NCBI GenBank assembly: GCA_021163225.1
Contig: JAGGXE010000063.1
Location: forward strand, 1 to 47,647
Source: Candidatus Micrarchaeota archaeon
GTDB taxonomy: Archaea > Micrarchaeota > Micrarchaeia > Anstonellales > JAGGXE01
Direction of reading: 5' to 3'
Length of the DNA stretch: 47,647 bases
Shown here: positions 10,889-19,747 of the stretch, piece by piece
Position numbering within the stretch: the stretch's first letter is position 1
Layout: every line of letters begins with the position of its first letter
The notes under the pieces: model-generated
What the model was told of the DNA's origin: nothing
The model's input: only the letters and a program-made list of their open reading frames with translations
Databases searched by the model: none
Program-made: the position numbers and the translations under genes

Positions 10889-11911
10889 ATGTCCTCCCTA
10901 AATGATTACATGTACAATCTGCCAAAAGAATTAATAGCACAACAACCAAGCCATCTTAGAGAAGAATCACGATTGCTTGTCTACCACGTTAATGAAAGAG
11001 AGATCGAACACCGAACCTTCAGAGACATTACTGAATACTTGGAAAAAGGTGACATGGTCGTAGTGAACAACACCAAAGTCCTGAAGACAAGGCTCGTTGG
11101 AAGAAAAGCCACCGGTGGCAGAGCGGCCATAACTATCGTAGCACCTTTAGGAAACAGACGATACGATGTGTTCGTTCGTTGTAAAAACCCGAACATAGGC
11201 ACAGAACTGTTGTTCCAAGAGGGGCTGGTCGGAAGAATAGTTGAATCAGGTATTGAAGGCGAACGTTTTATTATCGAATTCAATTATTCCGATGAGAAGG
11301 TAAAAGAGATTATAGAAAAACATGGTGATTACACATTGCCAGGGTACATAAAGAACTACGATTACGATAGGAAACGGTACCAGACGGTGTTTGCCAAAAA
11401 AGAAGGTAGCATAGCCGCACCGACAGCAGGGTTACATTTCTCTAAGGAGTTGATCGCACGGTTAAAAGAAAAAGGTGTAGAGTTCGCAGAAGTGTGTTTA
11501 CATGTTGGGATAGGCACATTTCAACCGATAACAGAAAACGATTACACGAAACATAAGATGCATTCCGAAAGGGTTGTTGTTGATGAAGCGACCGCGCGCG
11601 CCGTGAACCGGCGGTGCGGTCGCTTGATTTTAGTAGGTACAACAACCCTCCGTGCACTCGAGACGGCTACCGACCAAAACGGTATCGTTCATCCGTACAA
11701 CGGGGAGACCGACCTATTCATATATCCGGGATACAGGTTCAAACTGAAGTTTGATGGTCTGATCACCAATTTTCATCTGCCCGGGTCAACGCTTATTCTG
11801 CTCGTGGCAGCCATCATCGGGGACGATTGGAAACGTGTTTACGAAGAAGCGATATCCAAAAGATACAGGTTCTATTCCTTCGGCGATGCGATGTTCATAA
11901 AGAAATATTAG
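10889..11911 (+). CDS. queA: S-adenosylmethionine:tRNA ribosyltransferase-isomerase (queuosine biosynthesis)
   Basis: 340 aa. Collinear with bacterial QueA over the whole length (LPKELIAQQP...SRLL, VVNNTKV, YQTVFAKKEGSIAAPTAGLHF, LHVGIGTFQP, HSE, VGTTTLRALE, FIYPGY, LITNFHLPGSTL, YRFYSFGDAMFI). TATA-like TTTATAT is centred about 28 nt upstream of the ATG. Confidence 0.93.
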   Translation: MSSLNDYMYNLPKELIAQQPSHLREESRLLVYHVNEREIEHRTFRDITEYLEKGDMVVVNNTKVLKTRLVGRKATGGRAAITIVAPLGNRRYDVFVRCKNPNIGTELLFQEGLVGRIVESGIEGERFIIEFNYSDEKVKEIIEKHGDYTLPGYIKNYDYDRKRYQTVFAKKEGSIAAPTAGLHFSKELIARLKEKGVEFAEVCLHVGIGTFQPITENDYTKHKMHSERVVVDEATARAVNRRCGRLILVGTTTLRALETATDQNGIVHPYNGETDLFIYPGYRFKLKFDGLITNFHLPGSTLILLVAAIIGDDWKRVYEEAISKRYRFYSFGDAMFIKKY

Positions 11912-12107
11912 GCGCTGTTTCAAACTGAATGTGAACAAAAATCGACCGCCGTGCCATTCCGAAATTATTCACCTCTCCTAAAAAAGAAAACGTGCTAAAT
12001 ACTGAACGCATGCATGGGAAAACTCAACAAAACCAAACAGGTAAGATAAATCTATAAAAGACAAAATAACCTCTATCTACCAACTCCACAGTCCCGCAGT
12101 ATTTAAA

Positions 12108-12133
12108 CTTGAAGTATCAACTTGAAGTATCAG
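12108..12133. repeat. Tandem 13-bp duplication (CTTGAAGTATCAA / CTTGAAGTATCAG) in an intergenic spacer
   Basis: Read directly from the sequence. Two adjacent copies with one mismatch. Confidence 0.9.
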
Positions 12134-12205
12134 GAGAAACTTAGTTAACATAAGAATTACTCAAAGTGTAAATTTTTAATGATGCAAATGATGTTTTGAC
12201 AGAGG

Positions 12206-12808
12206 TTAATTCTGTGATTCATCGTTTTTACCGCGGCCAAGGCTCAGTATGAAAGACCCCACACGCAAGACTAGTTCAAGCCCTATTATGAACACAAAGT
12301 ACTGAGAGATCGATGAAAACGCGTTAACCGTTTCTGCAGTTGTCGGCAAACGGTAGGAGATCAAAGACGGGTTAAGAAGCAGGCTCAACACCAGCGAGAA
12401 CGGTAACATCTTGGCAAGTTCCTGAGCAGCATCTTCGTTTATGTACGCAAGGATCCGGACTACCGATATGATCACTATCGAGAAAAAGAGAGAAGATGTG
12501 ATGTTGTACTGAGGCGAAAGCATGAAGAAACTCATCGCAAGAATAGCAAACATCAGAAATGTGTATATAGGGAACAGGACCATGTATTTGACCACGTACG
12601 CGATGAGAGCGCCGAACTTTTTCAACGTTGCGTATCTTCCGGTATACTTATCGAGGTCGACAGCAAACATATCCTTTTTAGCGACCTTTCGATACAGGTA
12701 CCAGATAAGCAACATCGCAACGGTCAGAACGATTATGTCAAAGGCAAGCGCACCGTAATCAGAACTTATGAGAGAATTCAACTGATCCGTAAATACCGAA
12801 TAATCCAT
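12206..12808 (-). CDS. Multi-pass membrane protein, function unknown
   Basis: About 200 aa with 5-6 hydrophobic helices (IIVLTVAMLLIWYLY, VLFPIYTFLMFAILAMSFFML, LFFSIVIISVVRILAY, etc.). The ATG at 12808 follows GGTGGAG, which overlaps the cca stop. The ORF-track GTG is at 12817. Confidence 0.6.
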   Translation of the reverse strand: MDYSVFTDQLNSLISSDYGALAFDIIVLTVAMLLIWYLYRKVAKKDMFAVDLDKYTGRYATLKKFGALIAYVVKYMVLFPIYTFLMFAILAMSFFMLSPQYNITSSLFFSIVIISVVRILAYINEDAAQELAKMLPFSLVLSLLLNPSLISYRLPTTAETVNAFSSISQYFVFIIGLELVLRVGSFILSLGRGKNDESQN

Positions 12809-12817
12809 ACACTCCAC

Positions 12818-14251
12818 CTACCATTTTATCGTACGTGTAAAATACTCTATGCTCGCACTGATGTAACGTTTAGATACCAGGGATCTCGCCGGCAGAAACC
12901 GGTATTTCTTCGCCACATCAGAGAAATGGGAGGGCAACTTGGCCGTACGGAAGAAATAGGATACTGCATCTTTGGCGTCAGTAAACATTCTCCGGTCTAT
13001 TGCGACTATCCTATCGTGTTCCACGTGAAGGTCGAGAGCGTTCTTGTGTTTGTCCATAAAATCGTAGGTCGGTTTTTCAAGAACCACTGACGGTCCTCTC
13101 ACCTTCTTAATCATCGGCAGGACATCGTTAACCAGTTCGAACATGATCAGACATCTATTCATATCTGTCCAATAGTAGTACCCGAACATGTCGAACTCGT
13201 TGTCCCTAAGGAAACGGTTCAACTGTCGTACGAGTTTTCTGAACTGCGGCCAGAGCGTGTCTTCAACGACGTCAGGAGCAGGAAATTCGATGACGAGCAA
13301 CCGGGTACCGCGTTGTTTGATCCGTCTGTAAAGGTTGGCGGGTGAAACCGGAGAACGTCTCTTGAAAAAGAAATTCAAACTCGGCCTTTTCAGGAACATA
13401 CGGGAAGCAAGGATGAATATGCTCATAGAGGTTGTCGACACAACAGCAGCGACGTTACGTTTCTTATCTGTGGGGTCGATAACTATCAACGGTGCATCGA
13501 ACACCTTGGTCAAATCAACAGGAGTTCTATTCTTATCACCGTAATAGTTTTCTATATCTATCACGGTCGGGATCTTCCAGGAAGACGCATGTTTAAGCGT
13601 GTCCAGGAACGAGCCGTACCTGATGATCAGGAGTTCGCACAGATACCCCGAAAACCCCTCCACTCTAACCTCTGCACCGTAGATGTCATGGGCCTTCATA
13701 AACTGTTTAAGCAGCCGGACATCATCCTTCTGTTTCTCGGTAAGATGGTTGTTCACATAAGCGGTGTGGAGAGGCGACCTATCAACCGCGGTGGCACGTT
13801 CCTCCGGAGAAGATATCCGGTAAGCAGGGACCACATCTATATCAAACCCTTTAAACTTTACCGAAAGATACGGATGTTCCGCATAGGCAAGATGGAACTC
13901 GGCATCCTTAAAAGCTTCTTTAGCAGAAGTCAACCCTACATCGACTAACCGTTCCCTGGAATACGACTTCGGAAACAGCATGAAGACGTCGAACTCGCGA
14001 CGACCTTTCAACTGCGTACCTTTAGCAACCGAACCGACCAGTACAACTTCAACGTCTGAAGGAGTGGCCTGTTTCAAACGTTCCATGACTTCGCTCAGCA
14101 CCTTCTGTTCCGATGCCAACTCCCGTTTGCTCGGTTTAATCCGCCTTATCACCTGATCCAATATACGCATAACATCCTCATCGGTAGACCGCCCGGTTAC
14201 CGGTTTACTCATCTCCTCTTTTATCCCTCGGACCTTCTTCTTACGGGTCAT
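12818..14251 (-). CDS. cca: CCA-adding enzyme (class I tRNA nucleotidyltransferase, archaeal type)
   Basis: GSVAKGTQLKGRREFDVFMLFP is the class I NTase G-S...D-x-D motif, followed by an archaeal CCA body/tail. The start is probably M26 (MTRKKK, 14251). The ORF-track start at 14326 overlaps deoA by 35 nt. All three tRNA genes in the window lack an encoded CCA. Confidence 0.9.
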   Translation of the reverse strand: MTRKKKVRGIKEEMSKPVTGRSTDEDVMRILDQVIRRIKPSKRELASEQKVLSEVMERLKQATPSDVEVVLVGSVAKGTQLKGRREFDVFMLFPKSYSRERLVDVGLTSAKEAFKDAEFHLAYAEHPYLSVKFKGFDIDVVPAYRISSPEERATAVDRSPLHTAYVNNHLTEKQKDDVRLLKQFMKAHDIYGAEVRVEGFSGYLCELLIIRYGSFLDTLKHASSWKIPTVIDIENYYGDKNRTPVDLTKVFDAPLIVIDPTDKKRNVAAVVSTTSMSIFILASRMFLKRPSLNFFFKRRSPVSPANLYRRIKQRGTRLLVIEFPAPDVVEDTLWPQFRKLVRQLNRFLRDNEFDMFGYYYWTDMNRCLIMFELVNDVLPMIKKVRGPSVVLEKPTYDFMDKHKNALDLHVEHDRIVAIDRRMFTDAKDAVSYFFRTAKLPSHFSDVAKKYRFLPARSLVSKRYISASIEYFTRTIKW

Positions 14252-14291
14252 AGGACATCCTCCCGAGATCATCACCCAAAAATAAGTTACT

Positions 14292-15827
14292 TCACTTGCG
14301 GATGGTCTGTATAACGATCTTCTCAAGTTCTATCGGATTGTACTCCTCCATGGTTTTGATTGCGAAATCGAGTTTTGCCTCGCTCTCAGCAACGATGTCG
14401 AACAGTTTATCGCCTTTCCGTACTTTATCACCGTGTTCGCAGTAGAGTATTATACCCGCACCTTTATCGAACGGTGAACCGGCAGCACGGGCTATCATAG
14501 ACAGTTTTCTGTTGTCAACGTGACTGATCCTCCCGGACTTTTCTGCCACCACCGAATACACCTTATCACCGATCGGCAGATCATCGATCTTAACGTTGGG
14601 GTCACCGCCCTGTGCTTCGATAATCTCCCTAAACTTCTTCATAGCTTTACCGCTTTCCAGGATATGCTCGGCCACTGCGCGGCCTCGCCCGGGTTCGACG
14701 GCGCCGGACAGCTCGAGCAACCTGCCGGCTAGTATCAACCCTTTCTCCCGCAGATCCATCGGTCCGGCGCCGTCGAGGATCTCCAACACGTCCTTGCATT
14801 CCAAAGCAGGACCGATCCCGACACCGATCGGATCGCTACCGTCGGTGATCAAACTTTCGATCTTCATGTTTATCCGTTTACCGATGGCTATGAAATCGTC
14901 AGCCAACGATTGCGCTTCAGTGACACTCTGAAGTTTAGCGCCCCTGCCCACAGGTATGTCTATGATCACATGGGTGGCACCAACACTCTTCTTCTTAGCC
15001 AATATACTTGCCAACAGTGCGCCGCGCGGGTCCAAGGACAAAGGTCTGCGGATATGTATAAGCTTATCATCTGCAGCGGCGATGTTCATACCACCTCCCC
15101 ATACGATACATCCTTTGGTCTTAAGTACAACGTCCCTAACCTCATCGATGGACAACGTAACAGGTGCCAGCACCTCCATCGTATCGGCTGTACCCGCAGC
15201 GGACGTGATCGAACGCGATGATGTCTTCGGTATATACATTCCGGCTGCCGCTATGATCGGCACGACCAACATCGTAGTTCTGTTGTTTGCCACACCGCCT
15301 ATACAATGTTTATCGAGGATGGGCCTCTTGTTAAGATTGAGTTGTTCACCCGATTCAACGATCGCATCGGTCAGATAAACAACCTCATCGTAGTTCAGAC
15401 CCCTAATATAGACCGCGGTTATAAAAGCAGCCATCTCAACAGGTGACAGGGAGTTCTCCATCAGTTCATCGATGATAAGTTTTATCTCATCGCGTTCCAA
15501 CGGCGAACCGTCCATCTTCCTTTTTATGTACTCTATGGATTTGGGACGCGGTGCTATCTGAACGGTTATTTTCGAACCGTCCCGTACACCCAGTTCGGTT
15601 GAGATCTCTTCAAACAGACCGATCTCACCCCGTTTAACAAGGTCTGTGGACAGGTCGACCATCGCTATAACATCTTTATCTTTGTAAGAAACCTTAACAC
15701 GTGAAGAAGGGTGTATATCGTTCTCGAGAGCATCGTCCTGGTTTAGCACGACTATCTTACTACCTGAAACTATGTCAAAACATTTTGCCTTCAGAGTTAT
15801 CGGATGGACTACAAACTTCACGGACAT
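14292..15827 (-). CDS. deoA: AMP phosphorylase (archaeal thymidine-phosphorylase-family enzyme)
   Basis: 511 aa. An N-terminal extension plus a nucleoside phosphorylase core (DKHCIGGVANNRTTMLVVPIIAAAG, SSRSITSAAGTADTME). Overlaps the stop of the R15P isomerase gene by 10 nt. Confidence 0.9.
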   Translation of the reverse strand: MSVKFVVHPITLKAKCFDIVSGSKIVVLNQDDALENDIHPSSRVKVSYKDKDVIAMVDLSTDLVKRGEIGLFEEISTELGVRDGSKITVQIAPRPKSIEYIKRKMDGSPLERDEIKLIIDELMENSLSPVEMAAFITAVYIRGLNYDEVVYLTDAIVESGEQLNLNKRPILDKHCIGGVANNRTTMLVVPIIAAAGMYIPKTSSRSITSAAGTADTMEVLAPVTLSIDEVRDVVLKTKGCIVWGGGMNIAAADDKLIHIRRPLSLDPRGALLASILAKKKSVGATHVIIDIPVGRGAKLQSVTEAQSLADDFIAIGKRINMKIESLITDGSDPIGVGIGPALECKDVLEILDGAGPMDLREKGLILAGRLLELSGAVEPGRGRAVAEHILESGKAMKKFREIIEAQGGDPNVKIDDLPIGDKVYSVVAEKSGRISHVDNRKLSMIARAAGSPFDKGAGIILYCEHGDKVRKGDKLFDIVAESEAKLDFAIKTMEEYNPIELEKIVIQTIRK

Positions 15828-16768
15828 GGTAACATCCTCTTATCAAACATTTTTATAACTTTCTCCGCAGTGCGCACGTATTCCCTCGGTTTTAACACGC
15901 CTTGCTCTGTGACAAACCCTGATATGTGTTTTGCAGGAGTTATGTCAAAAGCAGGGTTCAAAACCTTGAGACCTTTAGGGATATGGGCCAGCACCTCCCT
16001 AGGGTCACGGTATTCGATAGGTATGTCGGGACGTCTGTCCAACTTGTACAGTTCAACACACGAATAGAACGGTATCCCGCGACGGTAGGCCAGTTCGGCA
16101 ATCGTTTTTGTGCCTATCTTGTTAGCCAGTTGACCGTTTAACCCTACCGCATCACCGCCGACGAACACCTTATCTATTTCGTCTATGACCGTTCCGACAC
16201 CGCTGTCAACGATCAACGTGGTGGGTATCCCGTAAGATAAGAGGTCGCGGACGGTTCTATGCCCTTGATAGAGGGGACGCGTCTCGGTAGCCACCACTTC
16301 AAACCGTTTCCCAGAATTCCACGCTGTCTTCAAAGTCAACATCACGGACGTAGAGTGACAATGAACGAGGATTCTATCACCTGACTTTATAAGACGGCTG
16401 CCCGCGCGCGCTAACCGCGCGCGGGCGCCGTCCATCTGTTTGAGGATCGTTTTAAGTTTTCTGGCAAGATAACCGCGTAGCACGGATGAACTCAACCTCT
16501 TCTGTTCGGCAAGATTGTTGATGTCGTAAAGTATATCGTCCAGATAGTTGATCAGCATCGGTTCTGTCGGACGTAACCCTTTTAACATGTCCGCAACACT
16601 ACGCGCACGGGTCAACAGTTCATCAGGATCGCGTGAACGTCGTGCATACACGTTCATCTCGTAAACGAAAGCGATTATACCGTACTTAGCAACCCTGTGC
16701 GCACCCTGAATCCTAATGGCACGGATGTCTTCCGCCAACCGTTTCGCACGTTTGCTCAGGAATCTCAC
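15818..16768 (-). CDS. e2b2: Ribose-1,5-bisphosphate isomerase (eIF-2B alpha/beta/delta family)
   Basis: 316 aa. eIF-2B-like fold sequence (ILVHCHSTSV, VVATETRPLYQG, VFVGGDAVGLNGQLANKIGT, PFYSCVELYKLD). Coupled to AMP phosphorylase as in the archaeal AMP-salvage pathway. GTG start. Confidence 0.85.
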   Translation of the reverse strand: MRFLSKRAKRLAEDIRAIRIQGAHRVAKYGIIAFVYEMNVYARRSRDPDELLTRARSVADMLKGLRPTEPMLINYLDDILYDINNLAEQKRLSSSVLRGYLARKLKTILKQMDGARARLARAGSRLIKSGDRILVHCHSTSVMLTLKTAWNSGKRFEVVATETRPLYQGHRTVRDLLSYGIPTTLIVDSGVGTVIDEIDKVFVGGDAVGLNGQLANKIGTKTIAELAYRRGIPFYSCVELYKLDRRPDIPIEYRDPREVLAHIPKGLKVLNPAFDITPAKHISGFVTEQGVLKPREYVRTAEKVIKMFDKRMLPCP

Positions 16769-17044
16769 ATCTTCTCAATAAGAACGTAACAGATTTAAAC
16801 TTACCTTCTTTTCGCACGGGAGTGCAGACGGGATAGAGTATGGAGAGTTGGAAAAGAGAAAGAAAGGGAATGAACATAAGAAAAAGGATATATGAGAATA
16901 AGAAGATGAGGTTAGGTAGATAGTTTGGTATAAAACCTAATTCGTCACACAGAGTTAATCAGATTTATTCACAATTGCACAGAAGGTTTTGCTTATACCC
17001 ATATATTTATAAAGATTGCTCCAAAAATATAAGTGGTGATTTGC

Positions 17045-17572
17045 ATGCCGACAGTACAAGAAAAAAATCCTGAAGTTAAAGAAATGATTGAGAAGACACC
17101 TGAACTGAAAAAAGCAATGGAAATCTTGAACTCATTATCGCAAGAGGAAAGGAGTTATATTGCAGCGGTAATGAAGGCAAGGACTGACGCAGAGTATATA
17201 ATGAAGTTGCCTTCAAGTGTTAGAAGGGCTTGGCTAGAGGCTCTTCTTGATAAAATACCTCCAGAAGAGATTATTGAGACTATGCCACTGCCACCTGAAA
17301 CAAAATCGAAAATGATGCAGATGTTGGAGAAAAAACGTAGGGGAGGGATCCTTGAGAAGATTCCTAAGAAGCGTGATATACCTAAAGAATGGTCTGAATG
17401 GATTGAACAAAAACTTCCTAAGAAACCTACTAATATAATTAAACTTCCTAAAAAGTTTGAAGGAAAAGAAGGGTCTAAAATGCTTAAACTTCCCGGAGAA
17501 ATCAAGGTAGAAGAAGAGGAGCCCAAAATAATTCTTCTTTCTAAGAAGAAAGGAGAAAAAACTGAAAAATAA
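17045..17572 (+). CDS. K/E-rich hypothetical protein with KLPKK repeats
   Basis: 175-aa ORF in an AT-rich island. The ATG at 17045 lies 5 nt after GGTGA. The C-terminal half has three KLP(K/G) repeats. An oligo-T run follows the stop. I recognise no family. Confidence 0.5.
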   Translation: MPTVQEKNPEVKEMIEKTPELKKAMEILNSLSQEERSYIAAVMKARTDAEYIMKLPSSVRRAWLEALLDKIPPEEIIETMPLPPETKSKMMQMLEKKRRGGILEKIPKKRDIPKEWSEWIEQKLPKKPTNIIKLPKKFEGKEGSKMLKLPGEIKVEEEEPKIILLSKKKGEKTEK

Positions 17573-17925
17573 TTATCGTCTTTTTTCCTTTTTATAAATT
17601 ATCTATGAGTTGTGCGCCTTCATTTTTCATCTCAAAAATATCCATACTCAAAAATAATTTAGGTTATTAAGCGTGGAAGAAGTGTCTTAGTGAACAATTT
17701 TTATAATCTGTTTGAACTTTGAGTGAGGTGTTATTTATTATAGGATAAGAAGTAAGAAGCAGAAATAAGGTATAAAGAGAAGAAGATGGAAGTAAGAATG
17801 TCAAGATATGAAGGTGAAGGAAGTTAGGGAGATACGTAATAGAAACAATGGGAAAATAAAGGTGAGTGTGAAAATTTTATCGGAATATTTTTAAATGCTA
17901 TGATGCAAAATAAAACAAAAAATTA

Positions 17926-19041
17926 ATGAGGGGTTATTCTGTGGAAGAGGACAAGATTAGGGAACTCGTTAATCAACTTCCGGATGCGATGATCCTTTCA
18001 AAAGAGGACGAAGAACTACTCAAGTTTATAGAAGAGTCGAAACCGAAGATTTACGTGATAGGCAGCGGCGGCGGTGGATGCAACACGATCACACGGATGT
18101 TTGAGGTAGGTATAGAGGGTGTTAAGACGATAGCCGTGAACACGGATGTTCAGCATCTTCTCCGCACACGTGCCGATAGAAAGATACTGATAGGTAAACA
18201 GTTGACCAGGGGTATGGGTGCAGGCAGTAATCCTGAGATCGGGGAGAAGGCGGCAAAGGAATCGATAAACGAAGTGTTGGATGCGGTCAGAGACGCAAAC
18301 ATGGTGTTTCTCACCTGCGGTTTAGGCGGCGGTACCGGAACCGGTAGTCTTCCTGTGATCGCGGAAGCGGTTAAACAGATGGGTGCGTTAACCGTGGCAG
18401 TTGTAACGTTACCGTTCACTTCTGAAGGAAGGACACGTATGCAGAATGCGTTATCCGGACTGGAAAAACTTGAGAAGGTTGCGGACACAACGATCGTAAT
18501 CCCGAACGATAAACTGTTGACCATAGCTCCGGACCTTCCGCTGAACACCGCGTTCAAAGTGTCGGATGAAGTCCTTGTCGGCGCTGTCAAAGGGATAGCC
18601 GAACTCATCACCAAACCGGGTCTCGTTAACCTGGATTTCGCTGACCTGCGCACCATTCTCGAGGACGCAGGGTGCGCGGTGATAGGTGTCGGCGAAGCGT
18701 CGATAGACGCGAAGCCGAACGAACGTGCTATGATAGCGATCGAAACCGCGTTGAACTCGCCGTTGGTGGATGCGGACATTAACAACGCATCACGTGCTCT
18801 GGTAAACGTGATCGGCGGGGAAGACATGACATTGAAAGAGGCAGAACTGATGGTAAGCGAGGTATCCAAACGGATCAGTCCGAACTCGCACATCATATGG
18901 GGTGCGCGCGTGGAGAAGGAGATGCACAAGTCCGCGTTACGTGTGTTGGTGGTGATCGCGGGTGTCAAACCACCCAAATATTCGTTGGATGAGATCTCCG
19001 AATCAGGAATCGTAGACCTGGACCTGGACATAGTCGATTGA
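17926..19041 (+). CDS. ftsZ: Cell division protein FtsZ
   Basis: [13 protein letters not shown], the tubulin signature [16 protein letters not shown], and the T7 loop NLDFADL. A GTG at 17941 is an alternative start. Confidence 0.97.
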   Translation: MRGYSVEEDKIRELVNQLPDAMILSKEDEELLKFIEESKPKIYVIGSGGGGCNTITRMFEVGIEGVKTIAVNTDVQHLLRTRADRKILIGKQLTRGMGAGSNPEIGEKAAKESINEVLDAVRDANMVFLTCGLGGGTGTGSLPVIAEAVKQMGALTVAVVTLPFTSEGRTRMQNALSGLEKLEKVADTTIVIPNDKLLTIAPDLPLNTAFKVSDEVLVGAVKGIAELITKPGLVNLDFADLRTILEDAGCAVIGVGEASIDAKPNERAMIAIETALNSPLVDADINNASRALVNVIGGEDMTLKEAELMVSEVSKRISPNSHIIWGARVEKEMHKSALRVLVVIAGVKPPKYSLDEISESGIVDLDLDIVD

Positions 19042-19051
19042 GGTGATACAC

Positions 19052-19225
19052 ATGATAGACAGAGTAGTCGGGTTCATAAAACAATCGAAGAGAATCTTTT
19101 ACATGTTTGACAAACCGTCCATGCAGGAGTACAAACAGATCCTGAAAGTCAGCGGGTTGGGTATGATAATCATAGGCATAATAGGTACGGTGATAAACTT
19201 CTTGTTCCAACTGCTCAATCTGTGA
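19052..19225 (+). CDS. secE: Preprotein translocase subunit SecE (Sec61-gamma)
   Basis: 57 aa with a single C-terminal TM helix ([21 protein letters not shown]). Conserved position directly upstream of spt5. The ATG at 19052 follows GAGGTGAT. Confidence 0.8.
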   Translation: MIDRVVGFIKQSKRIFYMFDKPSMQEYKQILKVSGLGMIIIGIIGTVINFLFQLLNL

Positions 19226-19236
19226 GGTGTTTATTC

Positions 19237-19695
19237 ATGTTGCTAGCCCTTCGTGTAACAACCGGTCAGGAGAGGATCATTGCAGACCTGATATACAAAA
19301 AAGCGAAGAAGGATAACCTTCCTGTTTACGCTGTTCTTGCGTTTGACAATCTGAAAGGGTACATCATCGTTGAAGCCGAGGATCACGAAACAGTCAGGAA
19401 AGCCAGTTACGGTTTACCGCACATCAGAGGGTTACTCAGTAAAGAGATCACGCTCAAAGAGCTTGACCCGATGATCGAAGCATCCAAACCGAAGGTCATG
19501 AGTATCCACAAAGGGGACATCATAGAAATCATAGGCGGACCGTTCAAAGGCGAACGTGCAAAGGTTATCAAGGTTGACAAAACCAAGGAAGAACTTACCG
19601 TTGAACTCACCGAAGCAGCAGTGCCTATACCTGTAACCATCAAGGCTAACACGGTAAAACTGATAGAGAAAGCAGAATCGGCCGAAGAAGAATAA
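19237..19695 (+). CDS. spt5: Transcription elongation factor Spt5 (archaeal NusG)
   Basis: NGN domain (ALRVTTGQE...YIIVEA) plus a KOW motif (GDIIEIIGGPFKGERAKVIKVD). The ATG at 19237 lies 7 nt after GAGGTG, which overlaps the secE stop. Confidence 0.92.
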   Translation: MLLALRVTTGQERIIADLIYKKAKKDNLPVYAVLAFDNLKGYIIVEAEDHETVRKASYGLPHIRGLLSKEITLKELDPMIEASKPKVMSIHKGDIIEIIGGPFKGERAKVIKVDKTKEELTVELTEAAVPIPVTIKANTVKLIEKAESAEEE

Positions 19696-19747
19696 TCCGT
19701 GCTTTTTCTTTGTTGTGCTTTTTTCTTGTTTTTCGAACCTATAACTT
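19696..19747 (+). terminator. Oligo-T terminator region after spt5
   Basis: TGCTTTTTCTTTGTTGTGCTTTTTTCTTGTTTTTCG lies directly after the stop. The spacer is shared with the convergent 1452-aa gene. Confidence 0.4.

Noticed and set aside
10681-10890. 69-aa minus-strand ORF.
   Set aside because: It lies entirely over tRNA-Asp(GUC) and its flanks, and the translation (PRPGFEPGSPA...) is just the tRNA read backwards.
12108-12133. Possible CRISPR or other repeat array.
   Set aside because: There are only two adjacent 13-bp copies with no spacers. I saw no CRISPR-like array anywhere in the window.
16840-16923. 27-aa basic ORF (MESWKRERKGMNIRKRIYENKKMRLGR) inside the purine tract.
   Set aside because: It is a by-product of A/G-rich low-complexity DNA and has no supporting signals.
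18150-19031. 293-aa ORF antisense to ftsZ.
   Set aside because: It lies fully inside the unambiguous ftsZ CDS. Its low-complexity Ser/Thr/Ala-rich translation is typical of the antisense of a GC-rich gene.
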